Positions 9,703-16,691 of a stretch of DNA of 32,000 nucleotides are shown here, one piece after another. The notes beneath the pieces were generated by a model that did no database searches, had not been told where the DNA came from, and saw only the letters and a list, made by a program, of their open reading frames with translations. The position numbers and the translations under genes are program-made. The stretch is from Candidatus Saccharimonadota bacterium (GTDB lineage: Bacteria; Patescibacteriota; Saccharimonadia; Saccharimonadales; Saccharimonadaceae). The stretch is from assembly GCA_025349965.1 (NCBI GenBank), contig CP075337.1, positions 1 to 32,000 on the forward strand, in the 5' to 3' direction. The first letter of the stretch is position 1, and each line of letters starts with the position of its first letter.

Positions 9703-9706
9703 GTAT

Positions 9707-10165
9707 CTATTCGTGATGGTATCCAGAACCGCGACTAATCTGTTGCGCCCTATAGATCTGTTCGGCCACTATCAACCGGACAAGCTGGTGAGGGAAGACG
9801 AGCTTTGAAAGCGACCAAACAAAGTCTGCTCGAGCATGAACTCGTTCATCCACCCCATACGCACCACCAATGATCAATACAACCTTCTTTCCAAAAGAGA
9901 ATTGCTGCTCAAGCATAGCTGAAAGGGTAGGGGATTCAATATTACGGCCACGCTCATCAAGCAGCACCACAAAAGCATCGTCGGCAATGCGCCCGAGTAG
10001 CCGGTCCGACTCTTCCTGGCGCGCTCTGTCGGCTTCATAGCTTGAATGTGGAATCATCTCCCACTTTATATCAAAAGGTTGCCGTAAGCGCGTTTCATAG
10101 CGTTGTACGCCCACTTGGATCCAATCCTCATGCTTCTTGCCAACCGCAAGTACTACGACACTCAT
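9707..10165 (-). CDS. rlmH: 23S rRNA (pseudouridine1915-N3)-methyltransferase RlmH
   Basis: 152-aa SPOUT pattern: IIGGAYGV, SLSKLVFPHQLVRLIVAEQIYRA, and a C-terminal GYHHE. The start overlaps the HIT gene stop (ATGA at 10162-10165). Confidence 0.9.
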   Translation of the reverse strand: MSVVVLAVGKKHEDWIQVGVQRYETRLRQPFDIKWEMIPHSSYEADRARQEESDRLLGRIADDAFVVLLDERGRNIESPTLSAMLEQQFSFGKKVVLIIGGAYGVDERVHARADFVWSLSKLVFPHQLVRLIVAEQIYRAQQISRGSGYHHE

Positions 10166-10569
10166 GAAAAGTGCAATTTCTCCGCTAAGGTAGCCAGCAC
10201 AGCGTGGTTGGGTTCTTTTTCGTCACGCCCCTTCATAGATACAACAGCCTTAATGTCACTAACGGTCTCAAACGGCACCACATGAACATGAGCGTGGGGC
10301 ACATCAGTACCAATCACCATCGTGCCCACATAGTGCTTGCCAGTGACTTCACGAAGCCTTTTTCCTACCTTTTGAACAGAGTGCATAAGTGTGGCATACT
10401 CTTCTTCGGGTAAGTCCCAGATAAATTCAACTTGCGTCTTCGGGACTACAAGTGTATGCCCTTCGGCTGCTGGAAAAATATCAAGAAAAGCGAGGGTATG
10501 CTCGTCTTCATAGATTTTATGAGAAGGGATTTCCCCTTTGATAATCTTCGTAAAAATTGAATCTTCCAT
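10162..10569 (-). CDS. HIT-family (histidine triad) nucleotide hydrolase
   Basis: CIFCKI-like N-terminus (SIFTKIIKGEIPS) and the histidine triad HAHVHVVP. Confidence 0.9.
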   Translation of the reverse strand: MEDSIFTKIIKGEIPSHKIYEDEHTLAFLDIFPAAEGHTLVVPKTQVEFIWDLPEEEYATLMHSVQKVGKRLREVTGKHYVGTMVIGTDVPHAHVHVVPFETVSDIKAVVSMKGRDEKEPNHAVLATLAEKLHFS

Positions 10570-10576
10570 ACCACCC

Positions 10577-10584
10577 AGTATACT
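10577..10584. promoter_or_regulatory. Palindromic AGTATACT, readable as a TATACT -10 box on both strands
   Basis: It lies in the 21-nt spacer between two divergent ATGs (10569 and 10591). It sits 7 nt from one ATG and 6 nt from the other. Confidence 0.4.
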
Positions 10585-10590
10585 AGAAGT

Positions 10591-11043
10591 ATGAAGACGA
10601 ATGTGAAAGCAACCCTTTTAGCCGTACGTGCTATTGGTGTTGTATTTGGAAAAAAGATTTGGTGGACAGTAGTATTAATTGCAGCCGCACTCGCCGTAGT
10701 ACTGATAGCGCTTTGTGTATGGCTTACCTCCTTGAGTGGATGGTGGTGGATATTGGCCGTGATTGTTGGAATGGCAATCTCTATTGCGTTCGTTATTCTG
10801 GCGGTATTCCGCGCACTGCTTGCGTATATAAACCCAACTCAGACCCAAGAACAAAAGACCGCGGTCAAAGACTTCGTGGAAAAATTGCAGTTCGTACAAG
10901 AACTCACGCAGACGCCAAAATTTATCATCCTCTTTAGGGTAATTCGTAGCGTGGCTGCACCGTCTTCAGAGAAGTATCTTGAGAATATCTTTGAGTCGCG
11001 GAAGTTGAAGGCGGATTTTGAAAGAGTGGTGGGGTTATTTTAA
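10591..11043 (+). CDS. Hypothetical membrane protein
   Basis: 150-aa ORF with three hydrophobic helices (including LSGWWWILAVIVGMAISIAF) and a soluble C-terminal tail. It is followed by the terminator at 11074-11104. Confidence 0.65.
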   Translation: MKTNVKATLLAVRAIGVVFGKKIWWTVVLIAAALAVVLIALCVWLTSLSGWWWILAVIVGMAISIAFVILAVFRALLAYINPTQTQEQKTAVKDFVEKLQFVQELTQTPKFIILFRVIRSVAAPSSEKYLENIFESRKLKADFERVVGLF

Positions 11044-11073
11044 ACCCCACACCTATTGCGTGAATAACAAAAT

Positions 11074-11104
11074 AAAAAAGACGAGCGAAAACTCGTCTTT
11101 TATT
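11074..11104. terminator. Bidirectional intrinsic terminator hairpin
   Basis: Stem AGACGAG (11079-11085) pairs with CTCGTCT (11092-11098), with an A-tract before and a T-tract after. Confidence 0.7.
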
Positions 11105-11116
11105 CTAATTACAACA

Positions 11117-11193
11117 TGGTACACCCGACAGGATTCGAACCTATGGCCTTCGGCTCCGCAAGCCGACGCTCTATCCAGCTGAGCTACGGGTGC
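11117..11193 (-). tRNA. tRNA-Arg, anticodon GCG
   Basis: 77-nt cloverleaf folded by hand. Acceptor GCACCCG/CGGGTGT, D arm GCTC-AGCTGGATA-GAGC, anticodon arm TCGGC-TTGCGGA-GCCGA, T arm ATAGG-TTCGAAT-CCTGT. The 3' CCA is encoded. Confidence 0.9.
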
Positions 11194-11302
11194 ATATGAT
11201 AGCCCCCACTATTACTAATGAGTACTATCACTGTAACTAGAAGGTGCTTTCATCTTTTGCAAGATGAACAGAGGTTAGTATAGCACAAATTCAGCAGAGA
11301 GT

Positions 11303-11992
11303 CTACAGCCGAAGCTTACGAACAATGATATCAACAGCGTCGAGCTTGAGCTCTTCCATCGGAAGACGGCTTCCGAGAATATCAACAATCTGCTCACCGG
11401 CTTCTTCCGGGAAATACACCGACACCCCAGGAGCGAAGCGTTTACGTGGAACGAGCATAATAGAATTGCTTCCATCTGCCGTAATAAGACCAAAAGACTT
11501 AAATTCTTCAAACGGGTGAAGTTGCTCGCCAACATAGAGCCCCTGAGTGGAGCTCAATGCATAGGTGAGTGTGCGCGCAGGACGACGAATGTATACGATT
11601 ACAGCAATCGCCATGACCAATACAAGGGCCGAAAACGTCCATGAGCGCAAAAAGAAAATATCAACTGCGACAAGTGCTATAGCGACAAACCCAAAGAGAA
11701 TATACCAAATTGGTGTCTTATCTGGGTGAATATATTCTTGAGCAGACCAGGTAATTGAGGCCTCTGGCGTGGCCTCTACAGGTGGCTCTGCTGGTACTGG
11801 AGAAAATTCCGTAGCAACAGGTGCTTCCACGGGGGCTTGAGTTTGCGGAGCCGCCTCAACAGGAGGTTGCGGAGCGGGTATAGCTACCGGTGCTTGAGGC
11901 ATAGCAGGCTGCACTGGCGCAATTGGCTGAGCACCCACTTGTGGTTGTGGTTGATTTTGAGTTGGGTCTACTTGCGGAACCTGGTTATCCAT
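11303..11992 (-). CDS. Hypothetical membrane protein with a P/Q/A-rich N-terminus
   Basis: 229 aa. About 85 low-complexity P/Q/A/V residues come first, then two TM helices (IWYILFGFVAIALVAVDIFF and FSALVLVMAIAVIVYI), then a globular C-terminal domain of about 90 aa. Confidence 0.7.
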   Translation of the reverse strand: MDNQVPQVDPTQNQPQPQVGAQPIAPVQPAMPQAPVAIPAPQPPVEAAPQTQAPVEAPVATEFSPVPAEPPVEATPEASITWSAQEYIHPDKTPIWYILFGFVAIALVAVDIFFLRSWTFSALVLVMAIAVIVYIRRPARTLTYALSSTQGLYVGEQLHPFEEFKSFGLITADGSNSIMLVPRKRFAPGVSVYFPEEAGEQIVDILGSRLPMEELKLDAVDIIVRKLRL

Positions 11993-12070
11993 AACTACTT
12001 TCAGTATAACACGACGCTTTTCTTCTTTTAGAATGCAAAATAAAAAAACACCTCCGTGGTGCTCTTTATT

Positions 12071-12163
12071 TGGCGGAGGAGGGGAGATTCGAACTCCCGC
12101 TCCAGGTTTCCCCAGACTAACGATTTAGCAAACCGTCCCCTTCAGCCACTTGGGTACTCCTCC
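12071..12163 (-). tRNA. tRNA-Ser, anticodon GCU
   Basis: 93-nt class II tRNA. Acceptor GGAGGAG/CTCCTCC, anticodon loop TTGCTAA, long variable arm, T arm GGGAG-TTCGAAT-CTCCC. CCA is encoded. Confidence 0.9.
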
Positions 12164-12297
12164 GTATATTAGGCCGATGTTTTGCGAGTATTTAGTGCTC
12201 GCTAACTGTTTGATTGTACCATAAAACAGAGGGGTGGGCTAGCATTATGTTAAAATATTTGCTATAATGAAGATATAATTATATGATAGGTTATTTT

Positions 12298-12696
12298 ATG
12301 AAGAAACTTACCCTCCTCAGTACAATTCTTTTCACAGTCGTCGCAACATTTTTAGCGATATCTACCCCCGTTTCCGCACAAGGAAGTATTCAGCAGGGTG
12401 TTGAAGCGGCGCATGGCAATGGTCAACCAACACAACTCTTCGGTGATGCAGGTGTAATCACCTCAGTCACTAACATTCTTCTTTTTATCGTGGGTGCACT
12501 TGCGGTGATTATGATTATTTGGGGCGGCATCCGCTACGCCATCTCTGGTGGCAATAGCTCGGCCGTCACTTCAGCAAAAAATACCATTATGTACGCACTT
12601 ATTGGGCTTATCGTTGCTTTCCTCGCCTTTGCAATGGTCAACTTCGTTCTATCAGCTATTGCGCCCGGTGGAAGCAGCGGCTTTACCAACGTTTAG
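12298..12696 (+). CDS. VirB2/TrbC-like T4SS pilin-family protein (orphan paralog P1)
   Basis: Signal peptide MKKLTLLSTILFTVVATFLAISTPVSA, then two hydrophobic helices around the loop IRYAISGGNSSAVTSAKN. About 75% identical by hand alignment to the core of ORF 15077-15499. I prefer the ATG at 12298 over the one at 12283. Confidence 0.8.
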   Translation: MKKLTLLSTILFTVVATFLAISTPVSAQGSIQQGVEAAHGNGQPTQLFGDAGVITSVTNILLFIVGALAVIMIIWGGIRYAISGGNSSAVTSAKNTIMYALIGLIVAFLAFAMVNFVLSAIAPGGSSGFTNV

Positions 12697-12704
12697 ACCT
12701 AAAT

Positions 12705-12736
12705 AAAAAAGAACCTCATCAGCGAGGTTCTTTTTT
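12705..12736. terminator. Bidirectional intrinsic terminator hairpin
   Basis: Stem GAACCTC (12711-12717) pairs with GAGGTTC (12724-12730). An A6 tract precedes it and a T6 tract follows. It lies between convergent genes. Confidence 0.8.
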
Positions 12737-12748
12737 AATAGCTTGAAG

Positions 12749-13426
12749 TTATCGAGAAAGGCTCTCGGCGCGAGCACGCGCTTCTTCCATTTGCTTATTT
12801 ACGCGGTCTCGAGCAGCCTGAATCTCCTTCATCGTATCCGATGAGCTAGTTGAGGTGCTGTTTGAGCTACCACTTTGTGTTGACGGAGCGGTGAGCGACG
12901 AAGAGCTGCTACTATCCGCAGAAGGAAGTTTTAAGTCAGTCTTAAGCTTTTCCATCTGTGCTTTTGTGCGTTGTTGTAAAATAGCGCTCTGTGTAAGCTG
13001 GCTGAATCCCATTACTGCGGCGATAGAGCCAAATACGATGCCTGCCAATACGATCGCTTTAAGCGCTTCTGACTTCTGCATCACCATTACTCCAAGCACA
13101 ACGCTTGCCAACCCTAGGATAAGCGGAATAAGCAAAAGCCAGATTGCTCCAGCTGTAGTACCAAAGCCGGTGATAAGTGGATGGGCAATAATAGCTGCGA
13201 CCGCTAGCCCGAGTGACACGAATCCGAGAACGGGCGTTGAAGTCACTGGCGACTGAGGCGCTGCAACATGTTGGACTGGAGTAACCGGCTGCACGGGTGC
13301 AGCTGGAGCCTGCGGCTGTGGCTGAAATTGCGGTTGCATCATTTCTGGTTGAGGTGGCTGCACAGGAGCCATTGGCGCTTCGTTAAATTCGTTATTTGGC
13401 GCCGAAGCATCTTGATTTGGATTCAT
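12749..13426 (-). CDS. Hypothetical polytopic membrane protein with a P/Q-rich N-terminus and a Ser-rich, charged C-terminus
   Basis: 225 aa. The N-terminal 60 aa are P/Q-rich, followed by about four hydrophobic helices, a poly-Ser tract and a charged helical tail. AGGA lies 7 nt upstream of the ATG. Confidence 0.7.
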   Translation of the reverse strand: MNPNQDASAPNNEFNEAPMAPVQPPQPEMMQPQFQPQPQAPAAPVQPVTPVQHVAAPQSPVTSTPVLGFVSLGLAVAAIIAHPLITGFGTTAGAIWLLLIPLILGLASVVLGVMVMQKSEALKAIVLAGIVFGSIAAVMGFSQLTQSAILQQRTKAQMEKLKTDLKLPSADSSSSSSLTAPSTQSGSSNSTSTSSSDTMKEIQAARDRVNKQMEEARARAESLSR

Positions 13427-13491
13427 AGTATTCCTATTTCATTTAAACTAATACTGGTTATGCTTTAGTATAGGGGAGTGCTTAAGGCAAT

Positions 13492-13527
13492 AAAAGACCC
13501 GAGATATTTTATCTCGGGTAATCTTTT
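13492..13527 (-). terminator. Intrinsic terminator downstream of tRNA-Ser(UGA)
   Basis: Stem ACCCGAGAT (13497-13505) pairs with ATCTCGGGT (13511-13519). On the - strand it is followed by CTTTTATT. Confidence 0.65.
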
Positions 13528-13530
13528 ACT

Positions 13531-13620
13531 TGGCGGAGAGGGAGGGATTCGAACCCTCGAAAGCTTTTACACTTTGCCGGTTTTCAAGACCGGTGCCTTC
13601 AACCGCTCGGCCACCTCTCC
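13531..13620 (-). tRNA. tRNA-Ser, anticodon UGA
   Basis: 90-nt class II tRNA. Acceptor GGAGAGG/CCTCTCC, anticodon arm CCGGT-CTTGAAA-ACCGG, long variable arm, T arm GAGGG-TTCGAAT-CCCTC. CCA is encoded. Confidence 0.9.
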
Positions 13621-13697
13621 TGATGGCATCCCGTATCCTTGTGGGATACTTTTGGGTACTCGTGTATTTTAGCAGAATTTACAGAGAAAATAAAGGC

Positions 13698-14384
13698 TTA
13701 TATCGGATGTGCTATCGCCATGACGTACACGCGCACCACACCTACCTGGCGCAGTACTTTCGCAACCTCATTAACTGTTGCGCCCGTGGTGATAATATCG
13801 TCTATTAAAATAACCGTCTCGGGTATTGAAGTGTTTGCTTTAATAGTGAACGAACCCCGCACCTGACGTTCGCGCTGAAGGCGACTTTCCGTATCATGTT
13901 GCACAAAAGACCCACTTCGCTCAACCAACCTTCTCATTTCGAGACCCCTCCTGCGGGCAAACGCTCGCGCAAGCAAGAACGCCTGGTCATACCCACGTCT
14001 TCTAATGCTCGCGCGAAGCGTTGGAATAGGTGTAACCACGGCGTCCGTAGGAAAAAATGGCGCACGGATTGCCAAAAGCTCGGCAAGTGGCTCGCTTACA
14101 AACCTATCATTACAAAACTTGAGTCCTTCAAGCGCCTTTTTAAGCCCATCCTCATAGCTTCCAATCATAATAACCTGTGTAATGTATGTGTCATGCTTCG
14201 CGCATACGCCGACAGGGGAGGGGGCGTTGCACCGAAAACAAACCGACAAAGAATCATATGTGATGTCATATTTACAATACTCGCAAAATGAAGCGCCTAT
14301 TTTCCCACAGAAATAACAGAGGTCTGGAGCAATCATTTGCAACAGTCGCTGAAGTATTGTAATTTTTACGTTTTCACCACCCAT
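13698..14384 (-). CDS. comFC: ComF-family phosphoribosyltransferase (ComFC-like competence protein)
   Basis: N-terminal Cys-rich zinc-finger-like region (CYFCGK..CEYCKY..CFRC) and a C-terminal PRTase motif VILIDDIITTGATVNE. Confidence 0.8.
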   Translation of the reverse strand: MGGENVKITILQRLLQMIAPDLCYFCGKIGASFCEYCKYDITYDSLSVCFRCNAPSPVGVCAKHDTYITQVIMIGSYEDGLKKALEGLKFCNDRFVSEPLAELLAIRAPFFPTDAVVTPIPTLRASIRRRGYDQAFLLARAFARRRGLEMRRLVERSGSFVQHDTESRLQRERQVRGSFTIKANTSIPETVILIDDIITTGATVNEVAKVLRQVGVVRVYVMAIAHPI

Positions 14385-14388
14385 TTAG

Positions 14389-14417
14389 TTGATTATACTA
14401 TGGAACACCGTTATAAT
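14389..14417 (+). promoter_or_regulatory. Sigma70-like promoter for hsp20 (TTGATT-17 nt-TATAAT)
   Basis: TTGATT at 14389-14394, a 17-nt spacer, and TATAAT at 14412-14417. It overlaps the divergent comFC -10 box (TATAAT on the - strand, 14397-14392). Confidence 0.55.
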
Positions 14418-14466
14418 ACGAAGGACTAATTTGTCAAATGAGCCTAGAGAAAAGTGGAGGATATCA

Positions 14467-14925
14467 ATGGCCCGTAAACAGAATGAAGATTTACTTATGG
14501 AAGACGAGCTTGCAGCTGCATTCCTAAGCGACGACGACCTAACGACCCAGCCTTCAGCTCCTGTAGCAGAAGAAGAATGGGACGATAGCCAAGACGATCT
14601 GCTTGGACAGCTCGCTGTAGACGTCTACGAAACAGAAGATAAGCTTGTTGTAAAAGCTCGCACCGCAGGTGTAAACAAGGAAGACCTTGATGTAAGCATC
14701 AGTGACGGTATTCTTACTATCAGCGGCACACTCAATAGTGGCGATGATGCTGAGGCTACTAACTGGCACATCCAAGAATGTTACTGGGGAGAGTTCAATC
14801 GTACACTTGCACTTCCTGTAACTGTAAAGGAAGACGAAGTAGAAGCAGTTCTCAAGGACGGCGTTCTCACCGTAAGCTTCAACAAAATCAAGCAAGAGCA
14901 GGCTAAGCGAATTCAGATTCAATAA
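14467..14925 (+). CDS. Hsp20 / alpha-crystallin family small heat-shock protein with an acidic N-terminal extension
   Basis: ATG at 14467 with GGAGG 7 nt upstream. The alpha-crystallin domain runs LAVDVYETEDKLVVKARTAGVNKEDLDVSI..GILTISG...FNRTLALP..V....VEAVLKDGVLTVSF. Confidence 0.88.
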   Translation: MARKQNEDLLMEDELAAAFLSDDDLTTQPSAPVAEEEWDDSQDDLLGQLAVDVYETEDKLVVKARTAGVNKEDLDVSISDGILTISGTLNSGDDAEATNWHIQECYWGEFNRTLALPVTVKEDEVEAVLKDGVLTVSFNKIKQEQAKRIQIQ

Positions 14926-14943
14926 GGCCTACCAAGCAAACAT

Positions 14944-14971
14944 AAAAGAGATACTATACAGTATCTCTTTT
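14944..14971 (+). terminator. Intrinsic terminator after hsp20
   Basis: An 11-bp stem, AAAAGAGATAC (14944-14954) pairing with GTATCTCTTTT (14961-14971), and a 6-nt loop. Confidence 0.65.
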
Positions 14972-15024
14972 ATGTTTGCCATCATCTTCCAAAGGCTCAG
15001 CGGTCCTCAGTCGGAAGATTAAAT

Positions 15025-15060
15025 AAAAAGCACCCCCGCTAGGCAGGGGTGCTTTTTATT
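15025..15060. terminator. Bidirectional intrinsic terminator (ends the pilin transcription unit on the - strand)
   Basis: Stem GCACCCC (15030-15036) pairs with GGGGTGC (15046-15052). An A5 tract precedes it and a T5ATTTT tract follows. Confidence 0.8.
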
Positions 15061-15076
15061 TTAGCTAGGCGACTGC

Positions 15077-15499
15077 TTATGCAGCCTTACCAACTTCGCC
15101 AAGCACCCAGTTCACAATCGCGAACGCAAGGAAGGCTACAACGAGACCAATAATCGCATACATGATAGTGTTCTTAGCAGACGTTACCGCGCTACTTGAG
15201 CCACCAGAGGTTGTGTAGCGAATACCACCCCAGATAAGCATGATCACACTAATCGCACCAATGATGAAGAGGAGGATGTTAACAACTGTCGTGAAGATAG
15301 AACCACTACCAAAGAGAGTAGTTGGTACATTGTCGTTCTTTGAACAGTCGATACCAGCGGCAACTCCACCTGTAGGGCCTGTGTCGCATCCGGTGCTGGT
15401 TGACTGCGCGCCTACAACACCCGCTGGCGTAAATGCCATAGTAACAGCAAGCGCAAGTACCGCTACAACACCTGCAAACTTTTTAATAAATGCTTTCAT
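15077..15499 (-). CDS. VirB2/TrbC-like T4SS pilin-family protein (paralog P2)
   Basis: Signal-peptide-like N-terminus and a Cys-bounded loop (GCDTGPTGGVAAGIDC). Two hydrophobic helices flank IRYTTSGGSSSAVTSAKN, and the C-terminus carries AFLAFAIVNWV. It has its own promoter and a strong terminator. Confidence 0.85.
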   Translation of the reverse strand: MKAFIKKFAGVVAVLALAVTMAFTPAGVVGAQSTSTGCDTGPTGGVAAGIDCSKNDNVPTTLFGSGSIFTTVVNILLFIIGAISVIMLIWGGIRYTTSGGSSSAVTSAKNTIMYAIIGLVVAFLAFAIVNWVLGEVGKAA

Positions 15500-15536
15500 G
15501 ATTATTTTATTTCCTTTCTTATAGAATCTACCGTTA

Positions 15537-15565
15537 TTTATACCATAATATTGCCACCCTGTTAA
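15537..15565 (-). promoter_or_regulatory. Sigma70-like promoter for P2 (TTAACA-17 nt-TATAAA)
   Basis: On the - strand, TTAACA lies at 15565-15560, followed by a 17-nt spacer and TATAAA at 15542-15537. AAGGAAA lies about 10 nt upstream of the ATG at 15499. Confidence 0.45.
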
Positions 15566-15588
15566 CCCTTTTGGGGTATTTTAGGGCA

Positions 15589-15969
15589 TTACTTAAACTG
15601 TGTAAGCACCCAGTTCACAATCGCAAAGGCAATGAACGCCACTACTAGTCCTACGATTGCATACGTGAGCATATTCTTCGCCTTTGAGACGCGACCACTA
15701 TCACCACCAGAGATGGAGTAGAGAATACCCGCAACTATAATCATCACGACAGACACAGCGCCTACTATATAAAGAAGTACGTTTACTATAGTGGTAAGAA
15801 TCGGCTCGACTTTTTCATCTTTCTTTTTACATACCTCACTTGTAGCATTTCCGCTACAAGCACCATCAAGGGGGTTGATCGCAGCCACCTCAGTAGCCGG
15901 TACTATTGCAGCAACCACACCAAAAAGAGCTATTGCGGCAGTTATTATATATGCTTTAATGTATTTCAT
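15589..15969 (-). CDS. VirB2/TrbC-like T4SS pilin-family protein (paralog P3)
   Basis: Signal-like N-terminus, Cys pair (ACSGNATSEVC), and the conserved core ILYSISGGDSGRVSKAKN...AFIAFAIVNWV. It starts 0 nt after the P4 stop. Confidence 0.85.
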   Translation of the reverse strand: MKYIKAYIITAAIALFGVVAAIVPATEVAAINPLDGACSGNATSEVCKKKDEKVEPILTTIVNVLLYIVGAVSVVMIIVAGILYSISGGDSGRVSKAKNMLTYAIVGLVVAFIAFAIVNWVLTQFK

Positions 15970-16257
15970 TTAAAATTTCCCTATAACAAAGTTAGTAATA
16001 GCAAATGCAGCCAGAACGATAATGAGCCCAACAACTGAATACAGAATCATATTCTTAGCCCTCGTTATACGACCCGCATCTCCACCAGAAATGGTGTACA
16101 TGAGGCCGGCGACGATAATCACAATCACCGCGACCGCGCCAGCAAGGAAATACACGATGTTAAGGACGTTTGTAAGCACTGAATCTCCACCTGTTGTTGG
16201 AACGCCCACCGTACCGGCATCTATTTTCTGCGCAACTTGTAGTAAAAAGTAGTTCAT
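15970..16257 (-). CDS. VirB2/TrbC-like pilin-family protein lacking a signal peptide (paralog P4)
   Basis: 95 aa. It has the same two-helix core (LMYTISGGDAGRITRAKN...AAFAITNFV), but no hydrophobic leader and no Cys pair. An upstream in-frame stop prevents any 5' extension. Confidence 0.8.
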   Translation of the reverse strand: MNYFLLQVAQKIDAGTVGVPTTGGDSVLTNVLNIVYFLAGAVAVIVIIVAGLMYTISGGDAGRITRAKNMILYSVVGLIIVLAAFAITNFVIGKF

Positions 16258-16259
16258 AT

Positions 16260-16691
16260 TTATTTAATAACCCCAAATATAAAGTTAACTATCGCGATTG
16301 CAGCCATGGCAATAACAAGCCCGATCACTGCATTGAGTATACTCTTGCGCGCCTTCTCAACAGTTCCCGGGTTACCACCACCGCTAATAAAAAGGAAGCC
16401 ACCATACAATATAAAGCCGACTGCAATATATACAACTACTACGAGAACCATTTCGATGATATTAAGAGCAAGTTTCCATACGAAGCCACCAATTTCATCG
16501 CTTCCACCGGAAGGCATTTCAACTGTACAGTCAGCGCCAGTCGTCAGCCCCCTGTACCATGTCGGCACCCCCAGGAGTCGATCCGTACATGCTGCAGATG
16601 CAGTAGGTGCAGGAGAGATAGTTGCCGCAAATGGCGCAGCGACAAAGAGCGCAAAAAAGCCAACTGCGATATATGCAATAAATTGTTTCAT
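16260..16691 (-). CDS. VirB2/TrbC-like T4SS pilin-family protein (paralog P5)
   Basis: Signal-like N-terminus, Cys pair (ACTDRLLGVPTWYRGLTTGADC), and core FLFISGGGNPGTVEKARKS...AAIAIVNFI. Its start overlaps the P6 stop by 1 nt (TAATG). Confidence 0.85.
   Translation of the reverse strand: MKQFIAYIAVGFFALFVAAPFAATISPAPTASAACTDRLLGVPTWYRGLTTGADCTVEMPSGGSDEIGGFVWKLALNIIEMVLVVVVYIAVGFILYGGFLFISGGGNPGTVEKARKSILNAVIGLVIAMAAIAIVNFIFGVIK

Noticed and set aside
11249-11268. Hairpin TTCATCTT-ttgc-AAGATGAA downstream of ORF 11303-11992, considered as a terminator
   Set aside because: There is no U-tract on either strand. It may still be a structural or processing element, but I cannot support a terminator call.
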